The notes beneath the pieces were generated by a model, which made no database searches, was not told the origin of the DNA, and worked only from the letters and a program-made list of their open reading frames with translations. From Pristiophorus japonicus (taxonomy: Eukaryota), in contig NC_091996.1 of assembly GCF_044704955.1 (NCBI RefSeq), forward strand, positions 21,328,001 to 21,392,000: a stretch of DNA of 64,000 bases, written 5' to 3'. Shown here one piece after another: positions 37,660 to 50,600 of this stretch (its first letter is position 1; each line of letters starts with the position of its first letter). The translations under genes were made by a program, and so were the position numbers.

Positions 37660-39200
37660 GATGCTCAAAGGAATCATCCGATGCTCTGTATGATGATCTA
37701 GATCGAGAAGGAGTCATCAAAGACATTCATTACGGCTTTTGGAGAAGAAAGTTGTGTTTTGCTAATTTATTCAAATTTTTTGAAGCAGTCACTAGCTTAG
37801 TGGTTGAGGGTAGCCCGGTAGACATAATCTACCTGGATTTTCAGAAAATTTTTGATGAGTTACCTCACAATAGATTGCTCTACAAGATAGAATCTTGTGG
37901 AATTAGTGGGAAGCTGCTACAGGTGATTAAGAATTGACTGCATGCTCGTAGGCATTATTATCAATGACTGTGGATCTGCTTGGAGACCAGTTTCCAGTGG
38001 TGTCCCACAGGAATCAGTGTTGGGGTCTTTGCTTTTTACTATCTTTATTAATGACCTAGGTATAGTGGGAATGATGCGCAAGTTTGTGGATCATAAAAGA
38101 TCTATACAAGTGTTAGGAATGTGGAAGAGTGTAAACTACTGCAAGCAGATCTTGATGTGTTGGGGGAATGGATCCATGTTTGGCAAATGGTATTTAACTT
38201 AGATAAGTGCAATATTTATGCATTTGGGCAGAACCAACGTTTAGTATATAAAAACTGTACAGGGAACAGAACGAAAGCCTGTGGAGAAAGATAAAAAAAA
38301 CCTTATAAAGACTTGCATTTATACACCGCCTTTCACGACCTCAGGATGTCTCAAAGTGCTTTACAGCCAATGAAGTACTTTTTTTTAACGTGTAGTCATT
38401 GTTGTAATTTAGTAAACAGTAGTGCAAAACTATCAAGATTTCATGATTAATGCTGAGAATCTATAACTAAAGCAAATAGAGTACAGCGCTGCATTCACAG
38501 GATTATTCAAAATAACATGAAACATACCATTTTGTCCTTGGTTAGGCCTCATTTGGAATGCTGTATCCAGTTTTGATTCCCTCAATATCATGGTGAGTGA
38601 TAATTGAGGCTTTGTTCAGAGGAGGGCCACAAGATTCATTCTCAGCTTAAAACACCTTAGTTACCCAGATAGGCTTAAAAATCTGGGTCTATATTTGTTC
38701 ATGAAGTGAAGACGTGGGCAATTTGATTGAGGTCTATAAAATAATTAAGAGACTAAATTATGTTCACATTGACAAATTATTTAATTAGATAGTTGAGGGA
38801 TGACCAGGGGCCACGTTTATAAGTTATAAAAGAGTAGAGCTAAGTTATATGTTGGGTAGTTCTTTTCCCAGAGAATAGTTGAACAAGCAGACAACTTCTT
38901 CCATATGTCTATCAGTGCTGATTCACTGTGTGCCTTCAAGTGGGAACTGGGTCAGTTCCTGGCGAGGGTGGAGGTTGTGTAATGTGGACAGTAGGTGCCG
39001 AGTAATACAAGTGTGGTCTCTTGGAATAGTTTCGGTGGCTTGGGAGGATTGGAGAGGAATTTTCAAGATTTTCCTCGGGAGATTGCATGTCTCCTGTTGG
39101 GTAGGGACTGTCCGAATTGTGATGCAGAGGACATCACGATTGTATGACAGGCTAGATGGATTCTAGTCTTTTTCTGTCCGACATTTTTGTATGTTTGCAT
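37660..39200 (+). mobile_element. Old CR1 LINE, containing a SINE tail at ~38309-38412
   Basis: [23 protein letters not shown] and degenerate VRPHLECCIQF motifs. Confidence 0.8.
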
Positions 39201-39567
39201 GTGCATATTTTTTTTCAGCAAGATGATGATCAGAAATGAGAATCCTAGCTGATTTTCCCTTCCCGAGCCTTAGGGCGTTTCCAGCATCCCAATTTCTACT
39301 CTGGGTCAATTTGGCTAACAATATGGATCAGGGATCAAATCTATGCCTTTGCCAGTCACTGGCTAAACTGGCTCAGTTTGAAAATACCTGGTGTTTGAAA
39401 AGAATAATTATGGTATATGGATTAATTTTGCAAATCTGTTTGTAGCTTCACTGGAAACATCCCTTGTATAATCATGATTATATTTCCCTTTCCCTCTATT
39501 TCACAGACACTCAACAATACTTTTTGCAATATTGTGCAAAGCAGAGAATTCAACCTCAAGAAATATA

Positions 39568-41398
39568 GGGCCCAAGTTTCCACATGATTTGCGCCTGATT
39601 TTTAGGAGCAACTGGTGGAGAACGGACTATCTTAGAAATCGCAATTCTCCACATTTTTTTTCTGCAGTTCTAGTCAGGTAGAACAGTTCTACTTTGGAAC
39701 AGAATTTTTTCTTCAAAAGGGGGCGTGTCCGGCCACTGACGCTTGATTTGAAAGTTTCCACAGTGAAAACGTACTCCAAACTAAAGTAGAATGGAGCCAG
39801 TGAAGATTTTTGTAGAACTGAAAAAACCTGTTCTACACATTAAAAAATCAGGCGCAGGTTACAATTTAGGCGTCCAGAACGAGGTGGGGGGGAGGGAAGG
39901 GAAGTCATTAAATTCTATAATAAATCCTTATTTATACTTATACAAATATTATACAAATAAATCCAACCTGAATAAACATTTATAAGCAAAGAAAAGATTA
40001 AATAAACCATCTTCCTACCTGTGTGAAAGTGCTTCAGGCAGGCCTTTCGGGACCGAAGGCTGAACGGGCCGGCCTGAGACTTCGGGCAGGGCCCGTCCCC
40101 AGCACCAGATTTACAGGTAGGTGGCGTTGGGTTGGGTCGGGGAGGGGAGGGGAGGTTCGGTTCGGGTCGGGTCGGGGGGGAGAGAGAGAGAGAGAGAGAG
40201 AGAGAGGGGAGGGTGGGGGGGAGGAGAGAGGGGAGGGTGGGGGGGAGGAGAGAGGGGAGGGTGGGGGGGAGGAGAGAGGGGAGGGTGGGGGGGAGGAGAG
40301 AGGGGAGGGGGAGGGGGGAGAGAGAGAGGGAGAGAGGGGGGGAGAGAGGGAGAGAGGGGGGGAGGGAGGGAGGTGGGGGGGGGGAAGAGAGGGAGGTGGG
40401 GGGGGGAGGTCAGGTCGGATCCAGTCCGGGAGCGGGAGTCGGGTCGGGTCCAGTGGGGGGGGGGGGGGGGGGGGGCGCACGGGTCGGGTCCAGTCGGGGA
40501 GCGGGAACAGGAGCGCGGGTCCAGTCGGGGAGCGGGAACAGAAGCGCGGGTAGGGTCCAGTCGGGGGGGCGGCGAGCGGGAACAGGAGCGCGAGTCAGGT
40601 CAGTCGAGGGGTGGGGTGGTGGTGGGTGTCAGGTCTGGTCCGGAGGCAAGGGGAAGCGGGTGTCGGGTCTGGTCTGGTCCGGAGGCAGGGGGGTGGGGAG
40701 CGGGTGTCGGGTCTGGTCCGGAGGCGGGGGCGGGGGGCGGGAGCGGGTGTCGGGTCTGGTCTGGTCCGGAGGCGGGGGGGGCGGGTGTCGGGTCTGGTCT
40801 GGTACGGAGGCAAGGGGGGGAGCGGGTGTCGGGTCTGGTCTGGTCCAGAGGCGGGGGTGGGGGCAGCGGGTGTCGGGTCTGGTCTGGGCCGGAGGCAGGG
40901 GGGTGGGGGGGGAGCGGGTGTCGGGTCTGGTCCGGTGGGCGGGGAGCGGGTATCGGGTCTGGTCTGGTGCGGGGGGGGGAAGCGGGTGTCGGTTCTGGTC
41001 CGGAGGGCAGGGGGGGTGCGGGGAGCGAGTGTCGGGTCTGGTCGAGGGGGAGGGAGCAGGAGCTGGCCGTGGGAGGAGCCTTATTCACGCAGCCGCAGTG
41101 AGGCCATTCAGCCAGGGCTAGGGGCTGCGTGCTTCGGGCCCCTCCCACACAGTTCGGCGCCTGGAGCTACTGCACTTGCGTGCCCACTGTAGCGTGCATG
41201 TGCAGAGATCCCGGCACTGTTTTCAGCGCAGGGACTTGGCTCCGCCCCCCCACAGCTCGTGCTGGCTGCGCCGAGGGCCAGAGGACCTGCAAGTAGGTGG
41301 AGAATACCGAGGATTTTTTTAGGCGCACTTTGTGGCGCGAAAAACGGGCGTCCAGGTCGGGACTGCGCCGTTCTAGGCGCGTGTGGAAACTTGGGCCC
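39568..41398. mobile_element. Non-autonomous PIF/Harbinger element with perfect 17-bp TIRs and 3-bp TSD
   Basis: GGGCCCAAGTTTCCACA...TGTGGAAACTTGGGCCC; ATA on both sides (39565-39567 and 41399-41401). Confidence 0.9.
40128..41060 (+). repeat. G-rich compound minisatellite inside the MITE
   Basis: (GA)n, about four GAGAGAGGGGAGGGTGGGGGGG units and about 12 GAGCGGGTGTCGGGTCTGGTC(TGGTC)CGGAGGC units. Confidence 0.92.
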
Positions 41399-41689
41399 AT
41401 AGTAACTACATTCTTTTCAAAACTAGAGTAAAGTGGACCAGAATGAACAATTCTTTGTAATAATAAATTAACCATTATCATTGTTCCAATGTTGACTGCT
41501 ACACTTAAATTAAGCAAATCGGGATGGGCAATAAATGCTGGTTTTGCCAGCGATGTTCACATCCAGAGAATGAATATTTAAAACACATGTTGATATTAAG
41601 TATTGTAATTGTGAACTGATGGTTGAAATGAGGTGTCATGATTGTTTATTAGTAAATGCTTTGAGAAATTATTTTGTGCAACATGGAAC

Positions 41690-42490
41690 TCTTCAATGGC
41701 TATCTTAATGGATGTTGAAAAGTCATTCATATCATAAAATGACTTATTTGTATGTCCTTGTCAATAGAATGAAATGGAACTCTTCACATTACAGTCTGAG
41801 TATAACTGTGAGGTCAGTAGCTTTCATGACAGTAGATCAACCATGCTGATGATAGAGGACTCATTTAGGATGTTTCAGCCAGTGCTTCTCTGCTGGTTTA
41901 GATTTGTGGGTAAAGCCTTTCAGAAGACAGATTTATGAATACATAAATCAAGAATGTAGTATGCAAAGTATTTTTATTTCATTTTTTAATGTGCAGATCG
42001 TTTGGGGTCCTTTTTATAAAGCTTGTTAAGGAAAGAATGTTGAACTGTGATTGGATTCTTGAGATTATGGATGCGGTATAAGTCACAGCTAATTACTGTT
42101 ACACAATCCGTAGATTCTTGCAGAATATAGCCACAATCATTAATGATGGTTGTCGAGCTCTGAGGTCAGTAATGGAAGGAATATTTGGAATGTTCTAAGT
42201 ACATTTCTTTTGGCTGGATTGAAAGGCGGACAGGGGTGAGGTGGGGGGAGGGGAGAGGAGGGGGAGATAGTGCTCTGCAGTATGCTCTACAAAACGTATG
42301 CTGGATATTCATGATATGCTGATTCATGCACAATACTGTAGCATTGGTATGAATCTTCTGAAAGAAAGAATGTACACTTTAATAACAAAGGATGCTGCAG
42401 TACAAGAGCCTGCTAATGCAGATGATACGGTTGCAATAGCAAGGGAAATTATCCCAAATCTTATTGAGGCATACATCTTCTCAAAGAGAA
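41690..42490 (+). pseudogene. Ancient Harbinger transposase relic
   Basis: Degenerate motifs in the correct order: VNRMKWNS, SFHDS, WIL.DYG, RSVMEGIFGMF*VHFFWLD, SALQYALQNVCWIFMIC*FMHN. Confidence 0.6.
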
Positions 42491-43212
42491 TAGAGAAACC
42501 ATACAGTTGAATTTATTTTCCTTCATCAGATTTATTCCTGGAGAAAATTTGTATCCTGAAAGACAATGTGGAAGACTGAAAGACCAAGAAATGAAAATTC
42601 AGAAGAGCACACACCACAGAAGTGCATATTCTTCAAAGCCAGACCAAGTGGCCAATATACAAATCTGAATTGAAAATATATGTCTTTCGTGCTTGTTACT
42701 TTGTTTATCATAGAAATTCGATAACATTTGTTTCTAAATAGTCTGTATGAATTGTATGAAATGCATTAAATGTAATGAAAATAATACAAAATATTTAATG
42801 CAATTTATATTTACAACTATCTTGTCATGTATTCTATTTAGTGTTTATGTTTACATTCTATGATACCCAAATAGTCGTCATTGTGTGCTCAGTTAGTTAA
42901 TTTTGTGCTTTTGTGTGTTTGAAGGATTACGTAAGCAGTAGATGACTCTCTGTGCTATGGACCAGCTACATGCTTCAGGGCACTAAATTACTACCTCATT
43001 GGGTATATACTGCCTTCCGTCCTCAGCTAAATGGGTATATGACTTGGACTTGCCACCAACAGGCTAGGTGCTGACCAGAGAGCTTTCAAGCATTCCAATA
43101 TTGGGGTTGGAGGAATTTCCAGCCTGAGAGCAGTCTGGATAATGATCCAAATATTGGATATCCTATATGCATCAGAGAGTTAAAGCTGTTATACCATCAA
43201 AATATGGCAATA

Positions 43213-43705
43213 ACATACTTGCATTGGAGGCAGTTCAGAAAAGGTTCACTAGGTTGAATCCTGAGATGAAGGGGTTGACTTATGAAGAAAGGTTGAGCAG
43301 GTTGGACCTATACTCATTGGAGTTTAGAGAATGAGAGGTGATTTTATTGAAACATATAAGATAATGAGGGGGCTCGACAAGGTAGATGCAGAGAGAATGT
43401 TTCCACTCGTGGAGGAATCTAGAACTAGAGGGCATTGTTTAAGAATAAGTGGTCACCCATTTAGAACTGAGATGAGGAGGAATTTCTTCTGAGGGTCATA
43501 AATCTGTGGAATTTTCTGCCCCAGAGAGCTGTTGAGGCTGGGTCATTGAATATATTTAAGGTGGAGATAAGACAGATTTTTGAATGATAAGGGAGTGAAG
43601 GGTTATGGGGAGTGGGCAGGTAAGTGGAGCTGAGCCCAAGATCAGATTGGCCATGATCTTATGGGGCCAAATGGCCTACTCCTCCTATTTCTTATGTTCT
43701 TATGT
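43213..43705 (+). mobile_element. CR1 3' part
   Basis: LEAVQKRFTRL... and a (TTCTTATG)n tail. Confidence 0.9.
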
Positions 43706-44092
43706 AAAATGGAGTGAACCTGGGAATGAATATTTTTTCATTACTTGTGGCCTTTGCTGTCTTCAAATTTAAAAGAATATATTTGCATATATTGGCTTCA
43801 CTGGGAGTGTTACGTGCTCAGACACTGGAACGTACTCTGAAGGTTACACTTGTGATGCACAGTTACCTGATAGTTGTGATGGTTGCAGTGGTGGTGTTGA
43901 TGCTGGCTCTTCGTGATGCATGGGCTGACCCTTGAAATCCTTGATTTGCAGAAATAGAAATCTTGCAAAACATCATGATGATGAATTTATAGTAGAACAT
44001 TTGTTGCATATTATCAGATTAGTACACACATGCAGTGTTAAATGATAAAGAATATATAGGTTTTTGGTGTGTACAAAGTTTTTGGCGTGTAC

Positions 44093-44888
44093 AACGTGGA
44101 CCATTTCCCATATCTCGGGAGCCTCTTATCATCAAGGCAGACATGGATGCGGAGATTCAGCATCGCCTCCAGTGCGCCAGCGCAGCCTTCGGCTGTCTGA
44201 GGAAAAGAGTGTTTGAAGACCAGGCCCTCAAATCTATCACCAAACTCATGGTGTACAGGGCTGTAGTAATACTCGCCCTCCTGCATGGATCTGAGGCATG
44301 GACGATGTATAGAAGGCACCTCAAGTCGCTGGAGATATATCACCAACGATGTCTCCGCAAGATCCTGCAAATCTCCTGGGAGGACAGGCGCACCAACATC
44401 AGTGTCCTCGACCAGGCTAACATCCCCAGTATTGAAGCACTGACCACACTTGATCAGCTTCGCTGGGCAGGCCACATAGTACGCATGCCAGATACGAGAC
44501 TCCCTAAGCAAATGCTTTATGCGGAGCTCCTTCATGGTAAGCGAGCCAAAGGAGGATAGCGGAAACGTTAAAAGGACACCCTCAAAGCCTCGCTGGTAAA
44601 GTGCGACATCACCACTGACACCTGGGAGACCCTGGCCGCAGACCGCCCGTGGTGGAGAAAGTCCATCCGGGAGGGCGTTGAGCGCTTCGAGTCTCAACGC
44701 AAAGAACATGAAGAAGCCAAGTGGAAGGAGCGCGCAGCAAACCAGCCCCACCGACCTCTTCCCTCGACGAATGTCTGTCCCACCTGTGACAGAGTCTGTG
44801 GCTTTCGTATCGGACTGTTCAGCCATCGAAGAACTCACTTTGGGAGTGGAAGCAAGTCCTCCTCGATTCCGAGGGACTGCCTATGATG
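44093..44888 (+). mobile_element. RTE LINE 3' part flanked by ~150-bp direct repeats
   Basis: ASAAFGCLRKRVF, HGSEAWT, LRWAGHIVRM and a TATGATGA tail. Repeats at 43926-44072 and 44887-45039. Confidence 0.92.
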
Positions 44889-45447
44889 ACCCTTGAAACC
44901 CTTGATATTCCAGGCTGATTTGTAGAAATAGAAATCTTGCAGAACATCATGATGATGAATTTATAGAAGAACATTTGTCACATTTTATCAGATTAGTGCA
45001 CACATGAAAATGATAAAAAAATATAGGTTTTTGGTGTGTTGCGTGTTATCTGCTGCAGGAAGCTCAACTTTTGATGTAAATACTGTTATTCCTTCATTGA
45101 AATTTGTGATTTTGCTATCTCACTTCAAGTATAGTTCCCAGATCGCATCTTGCAAAAGGTTCTTCTAGCATGCTCCACTGAACTCTTTTTTTTCCCCCCC
45201 CCCCTGTGTTATACACTCTTCTCCCAACACCACCACAGAGTTGAAATTAAGACTCATTGGACAATTTCATACTTTTTTTTTGTTCCTTTTCACAGCTTTA
45301 AAACTATGAAAATCCTGCAGTCAGGATTTACAAATTATTGACCTGTGTCACCTAATTATTTCCTGATTTATCTTGTCTTTTACTCTTTTCAACCTTGATG
45401 GTACCCTCGACATAGTGCTCAAACGTGCTGCCAGTTTATTACATTTT

Positions 45448-46590
45448 AAGAAATCATAAGAATATAAGAACATAAGAATTAGGAACAGGAGTAGGCCATC
45501 TAGCCCCTCGAGTCTGCTCCGCCATTCAACAAGATCATGGCTGATCTGGCCGTGGACTCGGCTCCACTTACCCACCCGCTCCCCGTAACCCTTAATTCCC
45601 TTATTGGTTAAAAATCTATCTATCTGATTTGAATACATTCAATGAGCTAGCTTCAACTGCTTCCTTGGGCAGAGAATTCCACCGATTCACAACCCTCTAG
45701 GAGAAGAAATTCCTCCTCAACTCGGTTTTAAATTGGCTCCCCCGTGTTTTGAGGCTGTGCCCCCTAGTTCTAGTCTCCCCGACCAGTGGAAACAACCTCT
45801 CTGCCTCGATCTTGTCTATCCCTTTCATTATTTTAAATGTTTCTATAAGATCACCCCTCATCCTTCTGAACTCCAACGCGTAAGGACCCAGTCTACTCAA
45901 TCTATCATCATAAGGTAACCCTCTCATCTCCGGAATAAGCCTAGTGAATTATCTCTGTACCCCCTCCAAAGCTAGTATATCCTTCCTTAAGTAAGGTGAC
46001 CAAAACTGCACGCAGTACTCCAGGTGCGGCCTCACCAATACCCTATACAGTTGCAGCAGGACCTCTCTGCTTTTGTACTCCATCCCTCTTGCAATGAAGG
46101 CCAACATTCCATTCGCCTTCCTGATTACCTGCAAACTAACTTTTTGGGATTCATGCACAAGGACCCCCAGGTCCCTCTGCACCGCAGCATGTTGTAATTT
46201 CTCCCCATTCAAATAATATTCCCTTTTACTGTTTTTTTTTTCCCCCAAGGTGGATGACCTCACATTTTCCGACATTGTATTCCATCTGCCAAACCTTAGC
46301 CCGTTCGCTTAACCTATCTAAATTTCTTTGCAGCCTCTCTGTGTCCTCTACACAACCCGCTTTCCCACTAATCTTTGTGTCATCTGCAAATTTTGTTACA
46401 CTACACTCTGTCCCCTCTTCCAGGTCATTATGTATATTGTAAACAGTTGTGGTCCCAGCACCGATCCCTGTGGCACACCACTAACCACCGATTTCCAACC
46501 CGAAAAGGACCCATTTATCCCGACTTTCTGCTTTCTGTTAGCCAGCCAATTCTCTATCCATGCTAATACATTTCCTCTGACTCCGTGTAC
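45448..46590 (-). mobile_element. CR1 LINE 3' part (young family)
   Basis: WIENWLANRKQ, SGVPQGSVLGP, VRPHLEYCVQFWSP; CATAAGAA tail. Confidence 0.95.
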
Positions 46591-46984
46591 CATTATCTAT
46601 TGGACCATTTGACTATCTGCTGTTGAGCTTTAGTTTGGTGGATTCATGGTCGTACCAAAGTTTATTTTTCTCTTCTTCAGCATCTTCATGATGAAGTTTG
46701 ACAATCTGCTACATAGTTTTAGCTTTCTGATTTTCTTTGGTCAAGGTGTCATTTTGGGTAGTGTGATCATGTTGCCTTATATGGACCTAATTGCCAGCTA
46801 GTTAACCTGCTTAAAGAAATTATTCAAAAAAGGGGTTTTCATTTGTTGGCTTAATTTGCTGTCTGCAGGAAATTATCGGGGACGATAGTATTCTAAGGAT
46901 TCGGTAGCAACAATTTAAAATTCAATGTTGGATCTGTTATTAAAAAGTAGAGTCGCTCACTTATCTTTGAAATGGTTACCCATT

Positions 46985-47290
46985 GTGTTCAGCTAGCTCA
47001 GTGGGTAAGTACACCTCCATTTGTGGTACAGAACTATACAGACCAGAAAAGATCTGGTTGTGGTCCTTGATTTGTGCTAAATTAGTTGATCTTATTGGGC
47101 TGTTGCAAGGTACTAGAATTGGCCCAACTGACCCTTGAATAGGAAAAGCCAGCAGGATTCCACACTCAATTGCTATTTTATGACTCCCACTGGAAGTTAT
47201 TATGTATGAATATCAAGCAAAGACAGCTGTCAAACGTTCCCAGTCGATAGGCTACTAACACTTGCTTTGTAGGCTAACACATGAAAATCA
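46985..47290 (+). mobile_element. Old tRNA-derived SINE, degenerate
   Basis: A-box-like TAGCTCAGTGGG start; partial similarity to a minus-strand fragment at ~37430-37650. Confidence 0.35.
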
Positions 47291-47674
47291 TTTCCAATAT
47301 TTTCCTGATGTTACTTCTATAGTTTCCTGATGTTCAAAGTTAATTGCAAAGTTGAATGACTGAAGCCAAATGATCGTGCCACTATTAATTATACTGTAGT
47401 TTATATTAATTTACTGATTAAATATCAAATTTAATAGTGTTTATAGGTTAGAGCTGAGTTGTAGATCTATAATTGCTTCCAGGCTTGCTTAATGGCAGTA
47501 TATACATAAGCCATATGATTTGATGTAAAGCTTCACAATCCCATTGTCTGAATTGAAAGACTTTATTCTACAGAGATTGTAAAAACTGCGAAGCTGCTTC
47601 TGAACTCTGTTAGCCTGTCACTTGAAAATCTGTGTACTTTTTTTCAATTACTGTAAACTCAACCTTCAGTACTG

Positions 47675-50600
47675 TATAATGTGGATAAGTGTGAGGTTAT
47701 CCACTTTGGTAGCAAAAACAGGAAGGCAGATTATTACCTGAATGGTGACAGATTAGTAAAAGGGGAGGTGCAATGAGACCTGGGTGTCATGGTACATCAG
47801 TCATTGAAAGTAGGCATGCAGGTACAGCAGGCAGTAAAGAAAGCAAATGGCATGTTGGCCTTCATAACAAGAGGATTTGAGTACAGGAGCAGGGAGGTCT
47901 TGCTGCAGTTGTACAGGACCTTGGTGAGACCACACCTTGAGTATTGTGTGCAGTTTTGGCCTCCTAATCTGAGGAAGGACATTCTTGCTATTAGGAACTT
48001 GGAACATAGGAATTAGGAACAGGAGTAGGCCATCTAGCCCCTCGAGTCTGCTCCACCATTCAATAAGATCATGGCTGATCTGGTCGTGGACTCAGCTCCA
48101 CTTACCCGCCCTCTCCCCATAACCCTTAATTCCCTTATTGCTTAAAAATCTATCTATCTTTGACTTGAAAACATTCAATGAGCCAGCCTCAACTGCTTCC
48201 TTGGGCAGAGAATTCCACAGATTCACAACCCTCTGGGAGAAGAAATTCTTTCTCAACTCGGTTTTAAATTGGCTCCTCCGTATTTTGAGGCTGTGTCCCC
48301 TAGTTCTAGTCTCCCCCACCAATGGAAACAACCTCTCTGCCTCTATCTTGTCTATCCCTTTCATGATTTTAAATGTTTCTATAAGATCACCCCTCATCCT
48401 TCTGAACTCCAAGGAATAAAGACCCAGTCTACTCAATCTATCATCATAAGGTAACCCTCTCATTTCTCGAATCAGCCTAGTGAATCGTCTCTGTACCCCT
48501 TCCAAAGCTAGTATATTCTTCCTTAAGTAAGGTGACCAAAACTGCACGCAGTACTCCAGGTGCGGCCTTACCAATACCTTATACAGTTGCAGCAACACCT
48601 CCCTGCTTTTGTACTCCATCCCTTTCGCAATGAAGGCCAACATTCCATTTGCCTTCCTGATTACCTGCTGCACCTGCAAACTAACCTTTTGGGATTTTGA
48701 TTTTATGTTTTTAAGTTAATTTGTTTTAATTGCCAGTGCTTTTAGTGTCCCCCTCCCCTTTTATAGGGGGCACTTGGAAAAAAATTTGATTCTGTGCCCA
48801 AAAAAAAAGACCAAAAAAATAAAAAAAGGGCCTTGTAAATGTTGGTGTTTCCCCCAGATCGGGGGGCACGGTTTAATGTTTTTTGTTTACTCCTAAAAGA
48901 GTTTCATGCACAAGGACCCCCAGGTCCCTCTGCACCACAGCATGTTGTAATTTCTCCCCATTCAAATAATATTCCCTTTTACTGTTTTTTTTCCCCCCAA
49001 GGTGGATGACCTCACACTTTCCGACATTGTATTCCATCTGCCAAACCTTAGCCCATTCGCTTAACCTATCCAAATCTCCTTGCAGCCTCTCTGAGTCCTC
49101 TACACAACCCGCTTTCTCACTAATCTTAGTGTCATCTGCAAACTTTGTTGCACTACACTCTGTCCCCTCCTCTAGGTCATCTATGTATATTGTAAACTGT
49201 TGTGGTCCCAGCACTGATCCCTGTGGCACACCACTAACCACTGATTTCCAACCCGAAAAGGACCCATTTATCCCGACTCTCTGCTTTCTGTTCGCCAGCC
49301 AATTCTCTATCCATGCTAATACATTTCCTCTGACTCCGCGTACCTTTATCTTCTGCAGTAACCTTTTGTGTGGCACCTTATCGAATGCCTTTTGGAAATC
49401 TAAATACACGACATCCATCGGTACATCTCTATCCACTTTTCTCGTTATATCTTCAAAAGAATTCCAGTAAGTTAGTTAAACATGATTTCCCTTTCATGAA
49501 TCCATGCTGCGTCTGCTTGATTGCACTATTCCTATCCAGATGTCCCGCTATTTCTTCCTTAATGATAGTTTCAAGCATTTTCCCCACTACAGATGTTAAA
49601 CTAACCAGCCTATAGTTACCTGCCTTTTGCCTGCCCCCCCTTTTTTAAACAGAGGCGTTACATTAGCTGCTCTCCAATCCGCTGGTACCTCCCCAGAGTC
49701 CAGAGAATTTTGGTAGATTATAACAAATGCATCTGCTATAACTTCCGCCATCTCCTTTAATACCCTGGGATGCATTTCATCAGGACCAGGGGACTTGTCT
49801 ACCTTCAATCCCATTAGTCTGTCCAGCACTAGCTCCCTAGTGATAGTGATCATCTCAAGGACCTCCCTTCCCACATTCCTATGACCAGCAATTTTTGGCA
49901 TGGTTTTTGTGTCTTCTACTGTGAAGACGGAAGCAAAATAATTGTTTAAGGTCTCAGCCATTTCCACATTTCCCATTATTAAATCCCCCTTTTCATTTTC
50001 TAAGGGACCAACATTTACTTTAGTCACACTTTTCTGTTTTATATATCTGTAAAAGCTTTTACTATCTGTTTTTATGTTTTGCGCAAGTTTACCTTCGTAA
50101 TCTATCTTCCCTTTCTTTATTGCTTTTTTAGTCATTCTTTGCTGTTGCTTAAAATCTTCCCAATCCTCTAGTTTCCCACTAACCTTGGCCACCTTATACG
50201 CATTGGTCTTTGATTTGATACTTTCCTTTATTTCCTTGGTTATCCAAGGCTGGTTATCTCTTCTCTTGCTGCCCTTTTTCACTGGAATATATTTTTGTTG
50301 CGCATTTTGAAAGAGCTCCTTAAAAGTCCTCCACTGTTCCTCAATTGTGCCACCATTTAGTCCTTGTTTGCAGTCTACTTTAGCCAACTCTGCCCTCATC
50401 CCACTGTAGTCCCCTTTGTTTAAGCATAGTACGCTCGTTTCTGACACAACTTCCTCATCCTCAATCTGTATTACAAATTCAACCATATTATGATCACTCA
50501 TTCTGAGAGGATCTTTTACAAGGAGATCGTTTATTTTTCCTGTCTCATTACACAGGACCAGATCCAAAATGGCTTGCTCCCTTGTAGGCTCTGTTACATA

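Noticed and set aside
39506-39567. Possible exon just before the MITE
   Set aside because: There is a good acceptor, but the only donor is weak and lies beyond the MITE; no homology.
40630-41045. Repeat-spacer-like array resembling CRISPR
   Set aside because: The spacers are just variable G runs, the context is eukaryotic and there are no cas genes.
40023-41192. Long Gly/Arg/Pro-rich ORFs (up to 329 aa)
   Set aside because: They arise from the stop-poor G-rich tandem repeat inside the MITE.
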